This document shows positions 1-11,220 of a DNA stretch of 64,000 nt, in pieces. The notes below the pieces were generated by a model. That model had not been told where the DNA came from. It did not search any database and saw only the letters and a list, made by a program, of their open reading frames with translations. Position numbers and translations under genes: made by a program. Numbering within the stretch: position 1 is the stretch's first letter; every line of letters begins with the position of its first letter. This DNA comes from Mobula birostris (lineage: Eukaryota): assembly GCF_030028105.1 (NCBI RefSeq), contig NC_092371.1, positions 197,902,031 to 197,966,030 of the forward strand, in the 5' to 3' direction.

Positions 1-379
1 CGAGCTCCAACAGTCATGTGCACATTTAGACTGGTTTAACTGTAATAGGTCCTTTTATTTTTTTTCTCTTTCTTTCCTTTCTTTTATTAACTGTTTGATG
101 AAGCTGAAATTGGTAAAGATATTTTCTTTATAATTTATGCAGTGTACAATTTCTTGCCAACTGATAATTGTGCATGGGCAGTATTTAGACACCTTTCACT
201 TAAATTGAGGCTTCCTTAATTGGAACATTACGATATTCCCATTTGGTTGAACCCCAATCATACCTATCCAAGACACTTATTGTTTATGAAAGGTGGCCTT
301 CTCACCACTTAGTCATGTGGCTGTCAGCAGAGCTGGCTAATGACCCGAGTTTGTATACGAGCCTGGCGAGAGGCCGTCA
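1..379. mobile_element. Unclassified repeat-like segment, possibly the 3' part of an LTR, abutting a CR1
   Basis: Non-CR1 sequence ending ...GGCCGTCA, where CR1 endonuclease-like sequence (LDLVLGNEPGQV) begins. The left end lies outside the window. Confidence 0.25.
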
Positions 380-2676
380 AAAGAAGAGGCTGCACTTGAT
401 CTGGTATTGGGAAATGAACCTGGTCAGGTGCCAGATCTCTCAGTGGGAGAGCATTTTGGAGAAAGGAATCACAATTCTACCTCCTTTACCAGAGTATTGG
501 AGGGGGATAGGAACAGACAAGTTAGGGAAGCATTTAATTGGAGTAAGGGAAAATATGAGGCTATCAGGCAGGAGCTTGAAAGCATAAATTGGAAACAGAT
601 GTTCTTAGGGAAATGTATGCAAGAAATGTAGCAAATGTTCAGAGAATATTTGCGTGGAGTTCTGCATAGGTATGTTCCAATGAGACTGGGAAAGGATGGT
701 AGGGTACAGGAACTATGGTGTACAAAGGCTGTCATAAATCTAGTCAAAAAGAAAAGAAAAGCTTATGAAAGGTTCAAAAAACTAGGTATTGATAGAGATC
801 TAGAAAATTATAAGGCTAGCAGGAAGGAGCTTAAGAATGAAATGAGGAGAGACAGAAGGGGCCATGAGAAGGCCTTGGTGGACAGGATTAAGGAAAACCC
901 CAAGGCATTCTACAAGTATGTGAAAAGCAAAAGGATAAGACGTGAGAGAATATGACCAATCAAGTGTGACAGTGGAAAAGTATGTATGGAACTAGAGGAG
1001 AGAGCAGAGGTACTTAATGAATACTTTGCTTCAGTATTCACTATGGGAAAGGATCTTGGTGATTGTAGGGATGACTTACAGTAGGCTGAAAAGCTTGAGC
1101 ATGTAAATATTAAGAAAGAGGATGTGCTGGAGCTTTTAAAAAGCATCAAGTCGGATAAGTCACTGGGACCAGATGAGATGTACCCTAGGCTACTGTGGGA
1201 GGCGAGGGAGGAAATTACTGAGCCTCTGGCAATGATCTTTGCATCATCAATGGGGACGGGAAAGGTTCCAGAGGATTGAAGGGTTGCGGATGCTGTTCTC
1301 TTATTCAAGAAAGGGAGTAAAGATAGCCCAGGAAATTATAGACCAGTGAGTCTTAATTCAGTGGTTGGTAAGTTGATGAAGAAGATCCTGAGAGGCAGGA
1401 TTTATGAACATTTGGAGAGCATAACATGATTAAGAATAGTCAGCATGGCTTTGTCAAAGGCAGGTCATGCTTTATTAGTCTGTTTGAATTTTTTAAGGAT
1501 GTACCTAAACACATTGATGAAGGTAGAGCCATAGATGTAGTGTATATGGATTTCAGCAAGGCATTTGATAAGGTACCCCATGCAAGGCTTATTGAGAAAG
1601 TCAGGAGGCATGGGATCCAGAACTGGCTTGCCCACAGAAGGCAAAGACTGGTTGTAGATGGGTCATATTCTGCATGGAGGTTGGTGACCAGTGGTGTGCC
1701 TCAGGGATCTGTTCTGGGACCCCCTACTCTTCGTGATTTTTATAAATGACCTGGAGGAAGTGGAGGGATAGGTTAGTAAATTTTCTGATGACACAAAAGA
1801 TTGGGGGTGTTGTAGATAGTGTGGAAGGCTGTCAGAGGTTACAGTGGGACATCGATAGGATGCAAAACTGGGCTGAGAGGTGGCAGATGGAGTTCAACCC
1901 AAATAAGTTTGAAGTGGTTCATTTTGGTATGTCAAATATGATGGCAGAATATAGTATGAATGGTAAGACTCTTGGCAGTGTGGAAGATCAGAGGGATCTT
2001 GGGGTCTGAGTCTATAGGACACTCAAAGCTGCTGCACAGGTTGACTCTGTGGTTAAGAAGACCTTCATCAATCGTGAAATTGAATTTAGGAGCTGAGAGG
2101 TAATGTTGCAGTTATATAGGACCCTGGTCAGGCCCCAGTTGGAGTACTGTGCTCAGTTCTGGTCACCTCACTACAGGAAGGATGTGGAAACCATAGAAAG
2201 GGTGAAGTGGAGATTTACAAGGATGTTGCTTGGATTGGGGAGCATACCTTATGAGAATAGGCTGACTGAACTCGGCCTTTTCTCCTTGGAGCGATGGAAA
2301 GTGAGAGGTGACCTGCTAGAGGTGCATAAGATGATGAGAGGCATTGATTGTGTGGATAGTCAGAGCCTTTTTCCCAAAGCTGAAATGGCTAGCACAAGAG
2401 GGCACAGTTTTGAGATGCTTGAGAGTAGGTACAGAGGAGATGTCAGGGGTAAGTTTTTTACACAAAGAGTGGTGAGTGCATGGAATGTGTTGCCAGCGAT
2501 GGCGGTGGAGGTGGATATGATAGGGTCTTTTAAGAGACTCCTGGACAGGTACATGGAGCATAGAAAAATAAAGGGCTATGGGTAACCCTAGGTAATTTCT
2601 AAGGTAAGGACATGTTCGGCACTGCTTAGTGGGCGTGTATTGTGCAGTAGGTTTTCTATGTTTCTATGTTTCTACG
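380..2676 (+). mobile_element. CR1 LINE, decayed ORF2 (APE end plus RT) and 3' tail
   Basis: Broken ORFs contain KENPKAFYKY, QHGFVKGRSC, YMDFSKAFDKVPH, GVPQGSVLGP and LVRPQLEYCAQFWSP. Tail is (TTTCTATG)n at about 2652-2676. Confidence 0.95.
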
Positions 2677-3372
2677 TGCAGATACAGATAATAAATAAAT
2701 AGAAATAAATAATATGAAATAATGAGATAAGTGTCCTTAAGTGAGTGTAGTTATCCCCTTTTGTTCATGAGCATGACGGTTGAGGGGTAGTAACTGTTCC
2801 TGAAACTGGTGGTGCGAGTCCTGAGGCACTTGTATCTTCTGCTGATGGCAGCAGTGAGAAAAGAGCATGGCCTGGGTGGTGAGGATCTTTGATGGTGGAC
2901 GTTACCTTTCTACAGCAACAATTTATATACATGTGCTCAATGGTTGGGAGGGTTTTACCTGTGATGTACCGGGCTGAATCCACTACCTTTTGTAGGATTT
3001 TCCACTCAAGTGCATTGGTGTTCCCATACCATGCCATAATGCAGCCAGATAGCACACATCCCATCACAGAAGTTTGCCAATGTTTTTGATGACATGCTGA
3101 ATCTCCACAGACTCCTGAGGAAGTGGAGACTTTGTCATGCTTTCTTTTATTTATATGATTGGTCCAGGACAGATTCTCTGAGATAGTGACACTCAAGAAT
3201 TTAAAGTTACTGACCCTCTCCACCTATGATCCTTCGATAATTACTGCCTCGTGGACCTCTGGTTTCCCTCTCCTGAAGTTCCTTAGTCTTATTGACATTG
3301 AGTGAGAGGTTGTTGTCATTACACCACTCAGCTAAATCTTCAATCTTCCTCCTGTATGCTGATTCATCACCC
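2677..3372 (-). mobile_element. Rex1/Babar-like LINE 3' fragment
   Basis: ORFs 3207-3464 and 2765-3223 give LAEWCNDNNLSLNVNKTKEL, ERVSNFKFLSVTISENLSW and IKDPHHPGHALFSLLPS. Confidence 0.85.
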
Positions 3373-3845
3373 ATTTCTTCCCCATTCTGATGTTTGATCT
3401 GAGCAACCTCTTGATCATACCTGCATGCTTTTATGCACTGAGTTGCTGCCACATGTGTGGGCACATGGCCAAGTGGTTAAGGCGTTTGACTAGCAACCTG
3501 AAGGTTGTGAGTTCAAGCCCCAGCTGAGGCAACGTGTTGTGTCCTTGAGCAAGGCACTTAATCACACATTGCTCTGCAATGACACTGGTGCCAAGCTGTA
3601 TGGGTCCTAATGCCCTTCCCTTGGAGAACATTGGTGTCATGGAGAGGGGAGACTTGCAGCATGGGCAACTGCTGGTCTTCCATACAACCTTGCCCAGGCC
3701 TGCGCTCTGGAGAGTGAAGAATTTCCAGGCGCAGATCCATGGTTTCGCAAGACGAACGGATGCTGCCACACGATCGGCAGATTAGATACTTGTACTAACG
3801 AGCAGGTATACAAGTGTACCTAATAGAGTAATCACTTAAAATACA
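3373..3845 (-). mobile_element. Tc1-like transposon end fragment, interrupted by a SINE
   Basis: The reverse complement resembles the Tc1 relic at 55474-57200 (CATCAGAATGGGGAAGAAA start and GTACCTAATA..CACT terminal repeat). Confidence 0.7.
3456..3760 (+). mobile_element. tRNA-derived SINE with CORE/Meta-like central block and RTE-type 3' tail
   Basis: A box TGGCCAAGTGG at 3466-3476, B box GTTCAAGCC at 3511-3519, central GTGTTGTGTCCTTGAGCAAGGCACTTAA. The tail matches the RTE at 7226-7274. Flanking repeat TGCTGCCACAYG at 3444-3455 and 3761-3772. Confidence 0.85.
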
Positions 3846-4629
3846 TAAATAATGTATTAGTTATGCATTCGAGTTATATCATAAAAGAATTACCATAATG
3901 CTTTGGTGGTAATACACATGCCAGTAGCATTCATATCTATCATAATGACTGATTTGAGAGGTTGGTTATTGCAAGAATTAACTCCTCCTTGAGCACTGAC
4001 CAGGACCTTTTGCATTTGGCCTATTGTTGCAACAGTTTACAGTAAATAAAATCTTACTGACTCTTTGCTCTGCTTTGGAGCACTCGGACAACAGCATCAC
4101 AGAAATAAGGCTGCCCATTTATCAATTATAACTTGGTGTTCAATACCTTCTTCCCCTCAGTATTAAACACTAAGCTTCTAAACCTTGGCCTCCGTACCTC
4201 CCCCTACATTTCAGTGCGGATTGGTAATAACATCTCCTTCTCACTAACAATTAGCACTGGTGCTTCTCGAAGATATATGCTTCGTCCACTGTTCTATTCT
4301 CTCTCGACACTCGTGCCTGTGTAGCTAAGCACATCGTGAACACCATCTATAAATTTGCTGCTGATTCTACTGTTGTTGGTAAAATCTCAGATGATAACAA
4401 GAAGGTGTACAAGAGTGAGATACTTCAGATGGTTGAGTGGTGTCACAACAACAACCACACACTCATCGTCAGCAAGACCAAAGAACTAATTGTGGACTTC
4501 AGGAAGGGGAGGATTGGGGAACACATACCTGTATTCATTCAGGGGTCAAAGGTGCGAAGGGTGAGTAGCTTCAAGTTCCTGGGTGTCAACGTTCTGGAGA
4601 GTCTATACTGGACCCAACACATTAATGCT

Positions 4630-4950
4630 AACATAAGACATTAGGACCCTAAGATAATGGAGCAGAATTAGGCCATTCAGCCCATCGAGTCTGCTCCACC
4701 ATTCCATCATGACTGATCCCGGATCCCAATCAATCCCATACACCTGCCTTCACACTATTACCTTTGAAGCCCTAACCAATCGGGAATCTATCAACTTCCG
4801 TTTTAAATATACCCACGGAATTGGCCTCCACCGCATTCTGTGACAGAGCATTCCATACATTCACTACTCTCTGGCTGAAAAAATTCTTCCTTACCTCTAT
4901 TCTAAAAAGTCACCCCTCAATTTTGAGGCTGTGCCCTCTAGTTCTGGAGT
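4630..4950 (-). mobile_element. CR1 3' end fragment
   Basis: The reverse strand reads SRTRGHSLKIEG followed by a CR1-type 3' UTR; it interrupts the Rex1-like copy. Confidence 0.8.
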
Positions 4951-5009
4951 AGCTGCACCAGTGGCTCAACTTCATTAAGAGCTTGAAGTCACCAAAGACT
5001 TTTGCAAAT

Positions 5010-5392
5010 GTGTATAAGATGATAAGAGGCATTGATTGTGTATAAGATGATGGGAGGCATTGATCGTGTGGATAGTCAGAGGCTTTTTCCCAGAGCTGAA
5101 ATGGCCAGCACAAGAGGGCACAGTTTTAAGATGCTTGGAAGTAGGTACAGAGGAGATGTCAAGGGTAAGTTTTTTATGCAGAGAGTGGTGAGTGCGTGGA
5201 ATGGGTTGCCAGCAATGGTGGTGGAGGCAGATACGATAGAGAATTTAAAGACACTCCTGGACAAGTACATGGAGCTCAGAAAAATAGAGGGCTATGGGTA
5301 ACCCTAGTAATTTCTAAGTTGTACACATGGACAACTTTGTGGGCTGAAGGGCCTGTATTGTGCTGTAGGTTTTCTATGTTTCTATGTTTCTA
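5010..5392 (+). mobile_element. CR1 3' end fragment
   Basis: VYKMMGGIDRVDSQRLFPRAEMASTRGHSFK and a (TTTCTATG)n tail. An approximately 30-bp tandem duplication lies at its 5' junction. Confidence 0.9.
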
Positions 5393-6093
5393 GATATAAT
5401 GGTGTTCAATAACCTAGTTAACAGTAGAACAGCAAGTGGAACCTTGACTCTGAAATCAAAACCCCCTGAAATTCTACTGCCTCCTGTAGGGTTTCTATGT
5501 TTTCCATGTTTCTATGTTTCAAATTTCTACAGATATGTGATGGAGAGCATCCTGACTGGTTGCATCACAGCCTCATATGAAGGCTCCAAAATGCAGTATC
5601 ATGAATGGCTGCAAAGGGTTATAGACTCAGGCAACCCCATCACAGGCACAACCCTCCCCACCACTGAGGACATCTTCAGAGCTTCAATATGGTATCCATC
5701 ACTAAGAAACTTCACCATCCAGTATATGCCCTCTTGTAACTACCATAAGGGAAAGATAGAGGAGTCTGAGAGCTCGGTGCTTCAGACACAGATCCTTCCC
5801 CTCTGCCATCAGATTACCGAGTAGTCCGTGAACACTACATCTTTGTTCCTTTGTTTTCCCTGAGTACTTACTTTGTAATAGATTTTAATTTTATGTCATT
5901 GCCTACTACTGCTGCTGCAAAACAAAAGATTTAATATCATGTTAGACAGTAATCATAAACATCATTCTGATTCTGAGGCTTGATGAGATCTGCCAAACCA
6001 GTGTAGTAACAAAACCAGTGGAACCACATCTCTAATTACTTGAAAAGTTTTTTTTTGAATCTTTGAGCTTCACAGTGGGTAATCTGTAATTTA

Positions 6094-6586
6094 TGTCATG
6101 TGTGATGCCAAGCAGAGCTACCGGACGGATGATGCTAATGCGAAAGATAACAGAAGACAATGGAGAAACATTCAAAATGCTAATAAGAGAAGAGAGAGAT
6201 TAACGAGAAAGAAACACAATTCAGATATTGACAGACCATTTGCTTTGAACCTGAACTGTTTGAAGTTTGATGGACAGGTGATACCCCAGCAGGAGGATAA
6301 AAAAGAGCAGGTTTGCTAAGGCATGACACGCCACGAGACCCTGGAAAGTGCAGTGTGCCCCCACAAATTCGTGGGAGTTTGGAGAACCGGTTCACGGGAA
6401 TTGGTCAGAGGCTCACAGGGCGTAAAGGTACAATCAGTGGGAACCCGGGGTGTGTGTCCGCCCTTGCCTGGGTGCCGGGTTCACCGCGGAAGAATGCTCA
6501 TATCCGGAACAGAGGGGTCACAGTCGGTGACCACAGCGGGATCAGAAGACATCAAAAGGTCTGCCCGAAACCAACTGCATCTCTCA

Positions 6587-6631
<45 letters not shown>

Positions 6632-6919
6632 AGTACAACAGCGATTACTTCGAACTGCACTAAACTGAACTGAACTCTGCTTCACTTAAGACTGATCATT
6701 TTACCTCTAGACTGCGATAGAGCTTGGTTGATTCCTATTACCCTATTTCTGTGTATATGTGTGCATTATCATTGCTAACCAGTTGCATTTATATCCTTGC
6801 GATTAGTGTACTGTATTACTTATTTCTTTAATAAAACTTTATTAGTTCCTAGTAATCACAGACTCCAACGAGCGTTCCATTTCTGCTGGTTTGGCAACCC
6901 AGTTACGGGGTACGTAACA
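6094..6919 (+). mobile_element. Solo LTR, probably Ty3/gypsy-type
   Basis: TG...CA termini (TGTCATG / CGTAACA, imperfect inverted ends), 4-bp flanks TTTA/CTTA, TATA-like GGATAAAA near 6294, AATAAA near 6830, internal (CT)n, CpG-rich. Confidence 0.75.
6591..6627 (+). repeat. (CT)n microsatellite inside the LTR
   Basis: Direct reading of the sequence. Confidence 0.95.
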
Positions 6920-7127
6920 CTTATAATATATATGGTAGATACAAATGTTTTGATTTGGTTTAACACATGAGATGAATTAAAGATAATAACTTGCTTTAAG
7001 TGTTCACATGAGAAGCAGGATAAGAGTCTGAAAAGATGCAATATTTTACAGGAATTACAAAAAAAAATCATTTCCTTTGGGAAAAGGCAATGAAGATAGG
7101 TTACTTAAAGCTACAGCAGAAACTGAT

Positions 7128-7735
7128 AAACATAAGAGATTCTGCAGATGCTGGAAATCTCGCGCAACGCACGCAAAATGCTGGAGGAACTCAGCAAATC
7201 AGGCAGCATCTATAAAGAAGAATATGGTGGTGGCATCCGTTGGTCTCGCGAGACCGTGGATCTGCGCCTGGAAAGTCTTGCTTCAGACTGTGTTAAAGCA
7301 GCATCTGTTTTGGCTGTAGAGGCCCACACAGGAGTGACAGTCTCGGCTGCATCAGCTGCACTTGAAGGCACTGTCCACCAGCGTTGTCTTGGTGCTGTTT
7401 CTCCGACGAGTGCGCTTATCTTCAGCAGCAAGCCTCAGCTTCTCTTCTCCTCTTTTTAGACTAGAATATTTTGGACAAAGATCCTTTATCCAATTTGGAA
7501 AGGAAGGGACAGAAGCCTGAACTGGAATGTGGGGGGGGGGGGAGGGTGAGAAGCTGGGAGGGGATAGATGGAAGAGGTGAAGGGCTGAAGAAGAAGGAAT
7601 CTGATAGGAGCGGCCATGGAAGAAAGGGAAGGAGGAGGGGAACCAGAGAAGATGGGATGATGGGCAGGTGAGGAGAATGAGATGGTAACCAGAATGGGAA
7701 TGAAAAAAGAGAGAGTGAGGAAGAGAAATTAGTTC
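7128..7735 (-). mobile_element. Penelope-like terminal repeat (pLTR), degenerate, interrupted by RTE
   Basis: CTGCAGATGCTGGAAATC...GCTGGAGGAACTCAGC..GGCAGCATCTAT block plus a purine-rich tract, shared with the GIY-YIG-bearing copies at 19058, 48639, 52528 and 63243. Confidence 0.75.
7226..7462 (-). mobile_element. RTE-clade LINE 3' end
   Basis: The minus strand encodes a C-terminal Zn-finger-like CS.CSRDCHS.VGLYS segment, then a GGTCTCGCGAGACC palindrome and short (CCA)n tail. TSD AGAATAT at 7219-7225 and 7463-7469. Confidence 0.8.
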
Positions 7736-8757
7736 TTTAATTGAGGCAGTCTGTATTATGAATCTACACTAGATTTCACATCTACTCAATAGTTATCGTC
7801 AGTTCTCATACCATCATCAGTTTTTTTATAGACACAATGGTGCAACTAATGGAATTGCTGTGAGCCAGCTCCAGCAGCCCCGGTTCAGTCCTGACCTCCA
7901 ATCCTTTTACGCTCCTCAATAACTTCCCTTTATTCAATTATGCATTCGTGCTGCATTGTAAATAACCACTGTGAAGGTTAAAATAAAACACATAAAATGC
8001 TGCAATACTCAGCTTGTAAGGTTGCATCTGTGGAAAGAGGAACAGTTCAAATTTTAGATTATCAGTTTGAAAGATGGATTTTTAAAATTTTCTTCTACTA
8101 TGAATAATAAAGTGGTTGGTTTCCATCATGGGTGGATGATCTGCAATATCAATTTTATTTCCAGTTGAAAATCTGCAACAGCTTGTCAACAAATACAAGA
8201 TAACAAGTCTAAACAGTGTTCATTTACTTTAAGCAGAAGTTTCAGTCATTGCTTTTGTTACACCATTTATGATATTAATGGCATATCAATGTCAATAGTC
8301 ACCATTTTCCTAGGTAAACTGATCATTCACCAAGTTTATTATGCAGGTAACATTTTTTCTACTTCCTGATTTTTGGCACTTATTTGGTATTCAAAACAAA
8401 TTATTCTGCCTAATTTCTCTTCTGGACCTTTCCAGTCACTTTAGCATTACAGTCAAAAAATCTTTCCCTTTATTTCCAGTTTTATATCTAGTGCTGGCAA
8501 TCTTCTTTCCTCATCCTGCTTATTTGCCCCTCCTATCCTAAACCCCACAATGCCCATTTATCCTGTCTAGCTTTGCTTTCCCCATCCAGGTAAAAGTTGT
8601 ACGTACTTGAAAAGCCAATTCCAATCCTTAACTAGGATTTTTGTTTATTTTCAGATATTGTATTTCCTACTTTCCCGTGCTACTATGTAAGATTTATTTT
8701 TTCCAACTTTTGGATTACAAGGTGGAAATTCCACAACTATTGCTCAACTATTAACCA

Positions 8758-9730
8758 GAATCGGAATCAGGTTTATTATCACCGACGTGTGTCATGAAAT
8801 TTGTTAACTTAGCATCAGCAGTTCAATGCCATACATAATATAGAAGAAGAAAAATAATAAAATAATAATAAATAATTAAGTAAAACAATTACATAGAAAC
8901 ATAGAAAACGTACAGCACAATACAGGCCCTTTGGCCCACAAAGCTGTGTCAAAAATGTCCTTACCTTAGAAATTATCTAGGGTTACCTATAGCCCTCTGT
9001 TTTACTAAGCTCCATGTACCTGTCCAGGAGTCTCTGAAAAGACCCTATCATATCTGCCTCCACCAATGTCGCAAGCAGCCCATTCCATGAACTCACCACT
9101 CTCTGAGTAAAAAATTTACCCCTGATATCTCCTCTGTACCTATTTCCAAGTACCTTAAAAGTGTGCCCTCTCGTGCTAGCCATTTCAGCCCTGGGAAAAA
9201 GCCTCTGATTATCCACACGATCAATGCCTCTCATCATCTTATACACCACTATCAGGTCACCTCTCATCCTCCGTCGCTCCAAGGAAAAAAGGCCGAGTTC
9301 ACTCAACCTAAGTATGTAATTACAGTATACGTATATCAAATAGATTAAAAATAGTGCAAAAAACAGAAATAATATATATTTAAAAAGTGAGGTAGTGTTC
9401 ACGGGTTCAATGTCCATTTAGGAATCGGATAGCAGAGGGGAAGAAGCTGTTCCTGAATCGCTGAGTGTGTGCCTTTAGGCTTCTGTACTTCCTACCTGAT
9501 GGTAACAGTGAGAAAAGGGCATGCCCTGGGTGCTGGAGGTCCTTAATAATGGAAGCTGCCTTTCTGAGACACCGCTCCTTGAAGATGACCTGGGTACTTT
9601 GTAGGCTAGTACCCAAAATGGAGCCAGCTAAATTTACAACACTCTGCAGCTTCTTTCATTCTTCTGCAGTAGCCGCTCTGTACCAGATAGTGATGCAACC
9701 TGTCAGAATGCCCTCCACAATACATCCAAA
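8758..9730 (-). mobile_element. Rex1-like LINE 3' fragment
   Basis: RCLRKAASIIKDLQHPGHALFSLLPSGRKYRSLKAHTQRFRNSFFPSAIRFLN and a GATTCC/GATTCT tail. Confidence 0.85.
8894..9317 (-). mobile_element. CR1 3' end nested in the Rex1-like copy
   Basis: LGLFSLERRRMRGDLI..RGHTFKVLG. TSD AATTACA at 8887-8893 and 9318-9324. Confidence 0.9.
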
Positions 9731-11220
9731 AACCTGCTCCTTTTCCCGTCATATCCCTGTATTCCTCAGTGCCATCCTTCATTGATAGTATCTCGGGATC
9801 ATTCCACCCTAGTTATTATTGACAAATATGTGTACTCCACAAGGCTGCTTTAAGGTCCAGTATAACAAAGACAGCACCCAAAGACCAGAATAAGATGCAT
9901 TCCCTATTTGATTAAATAAGAGAAAAAGTGAGAAGTCTAAGAAAGTGGAACAATAGAAAAAAGAAATAGAAAGAAAAGACAAGAAAAAGGAAATCAGAGG
10001 CAGAAGACAATTACACTAAAGTGGAAAGGAAAATAGTGGCAGACAGAGAAAAAATTAAATAAATACTAAAAATGCCGTAAAGGTCAGAGAAATCTGTGAA
10101 GGCAATCAGAGTTAACTTCTCAGGCTGATAATTTATCATCAGGTTTTATGAAAAGTCATCAACCTGGATATTGATTGTTTCTATATCAACAAGTGCTGTC
10201 TTAACATTTTTGTTTTGTATCAGATTCGCAGTATCTCCTCTATTTTGGTTTGGTATGGAAGTTATTCTGAAAATTCCCATGAGGAATTATGTGGGAGATC
10301 ATTGGTTGTAGCATTTAAACATGGGAATATGAGTAAAGTATTGAGTTCTACAATCCTGTTCTGAAATTCCAGTCCATACTCCCATATCCCTTAGTAACTA
10401 TTTTCAACCAAAACCTATTAATTTCAACTTCAAAAAATAATTGAGATAGTATAGATCATGTCTACCCAATGTTATAGAGTTTTCTGAGGAAGTTACCAGG
10501 AAAATGAATGAAGGCAAGGCAGTGAATGTTGTCTACATGAACTTCAGCAAGGCTTATGACAAGGTCCCGCATGTGAGTATGTCAAGAAGGTTCAGTCACT
10601 TGGCATTTAGGATGAGATAGTAAATTGGATTCGACTTTGGTTTGTGGGAGAAGGCAGAGTGTGGTAGTAGAGGATTGCCTCACTAACTGGAGGCCTGTGA
10701 CTAGTGAAGTGTCACAGGGACCAGTGCTGGGCCTGTTGTTGTTTGTTATCGGTATCAATGATCTGAATAATAATGCGGTTAACAGGACCAGCAAGATTGG
10801 GGATGTAGTGGACAGTGAGGAAGACTATCGTAACTTGGAGCGGGATCTGGACCAGCTGGAAAAATGGGCTGATAAATGGCAGATGGAATTTAATGCAGAC
10901 AAGTGTTGCAGTTTGGTAGGACCAATCAGGGCAGGCCTCACAGAGTGAATGGTAGGGCACTGAGAAGTTCAGTAGACCATAAGACCATAAGACAAAGGAG
11001 CAGAAGTAGGCCATTCGGCCCATCGAGTCTGCTCCGCCATTTTATCATGAGCTGATCCATTTTATCCTATTTAGTCCCACTGCCCCGCCTTCTCACCATA
11101 ACCTTTGATGCCCTGGCTACTCAGATACCTATCAATCTCTGCCTTAAATACACCCAATGACTTGGCCTCCACTGCTGCCCGTGGCAACAAATTCCATAGA
11201 TTCAAAACCCTCTGACTAAA

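Larger units (their letters stand above)
4060..5975 (+). mobile_element. Rex1-like LINE 3' half with nested CR1 tails
   Basis: IYKFAADSTVVG (degenerate FADD), EWCHNNN..VSKTKELIVDFRK, ESILTGCIT and a (GATTCT)n tail near 5965-5975. Confidence 0.85.

Noticed and set aside
3459-3530. tRNA gene
   Set aside because: A and B boxes are present, but the sequence continues into a SINE body and LINE tail with a flanking duplication.
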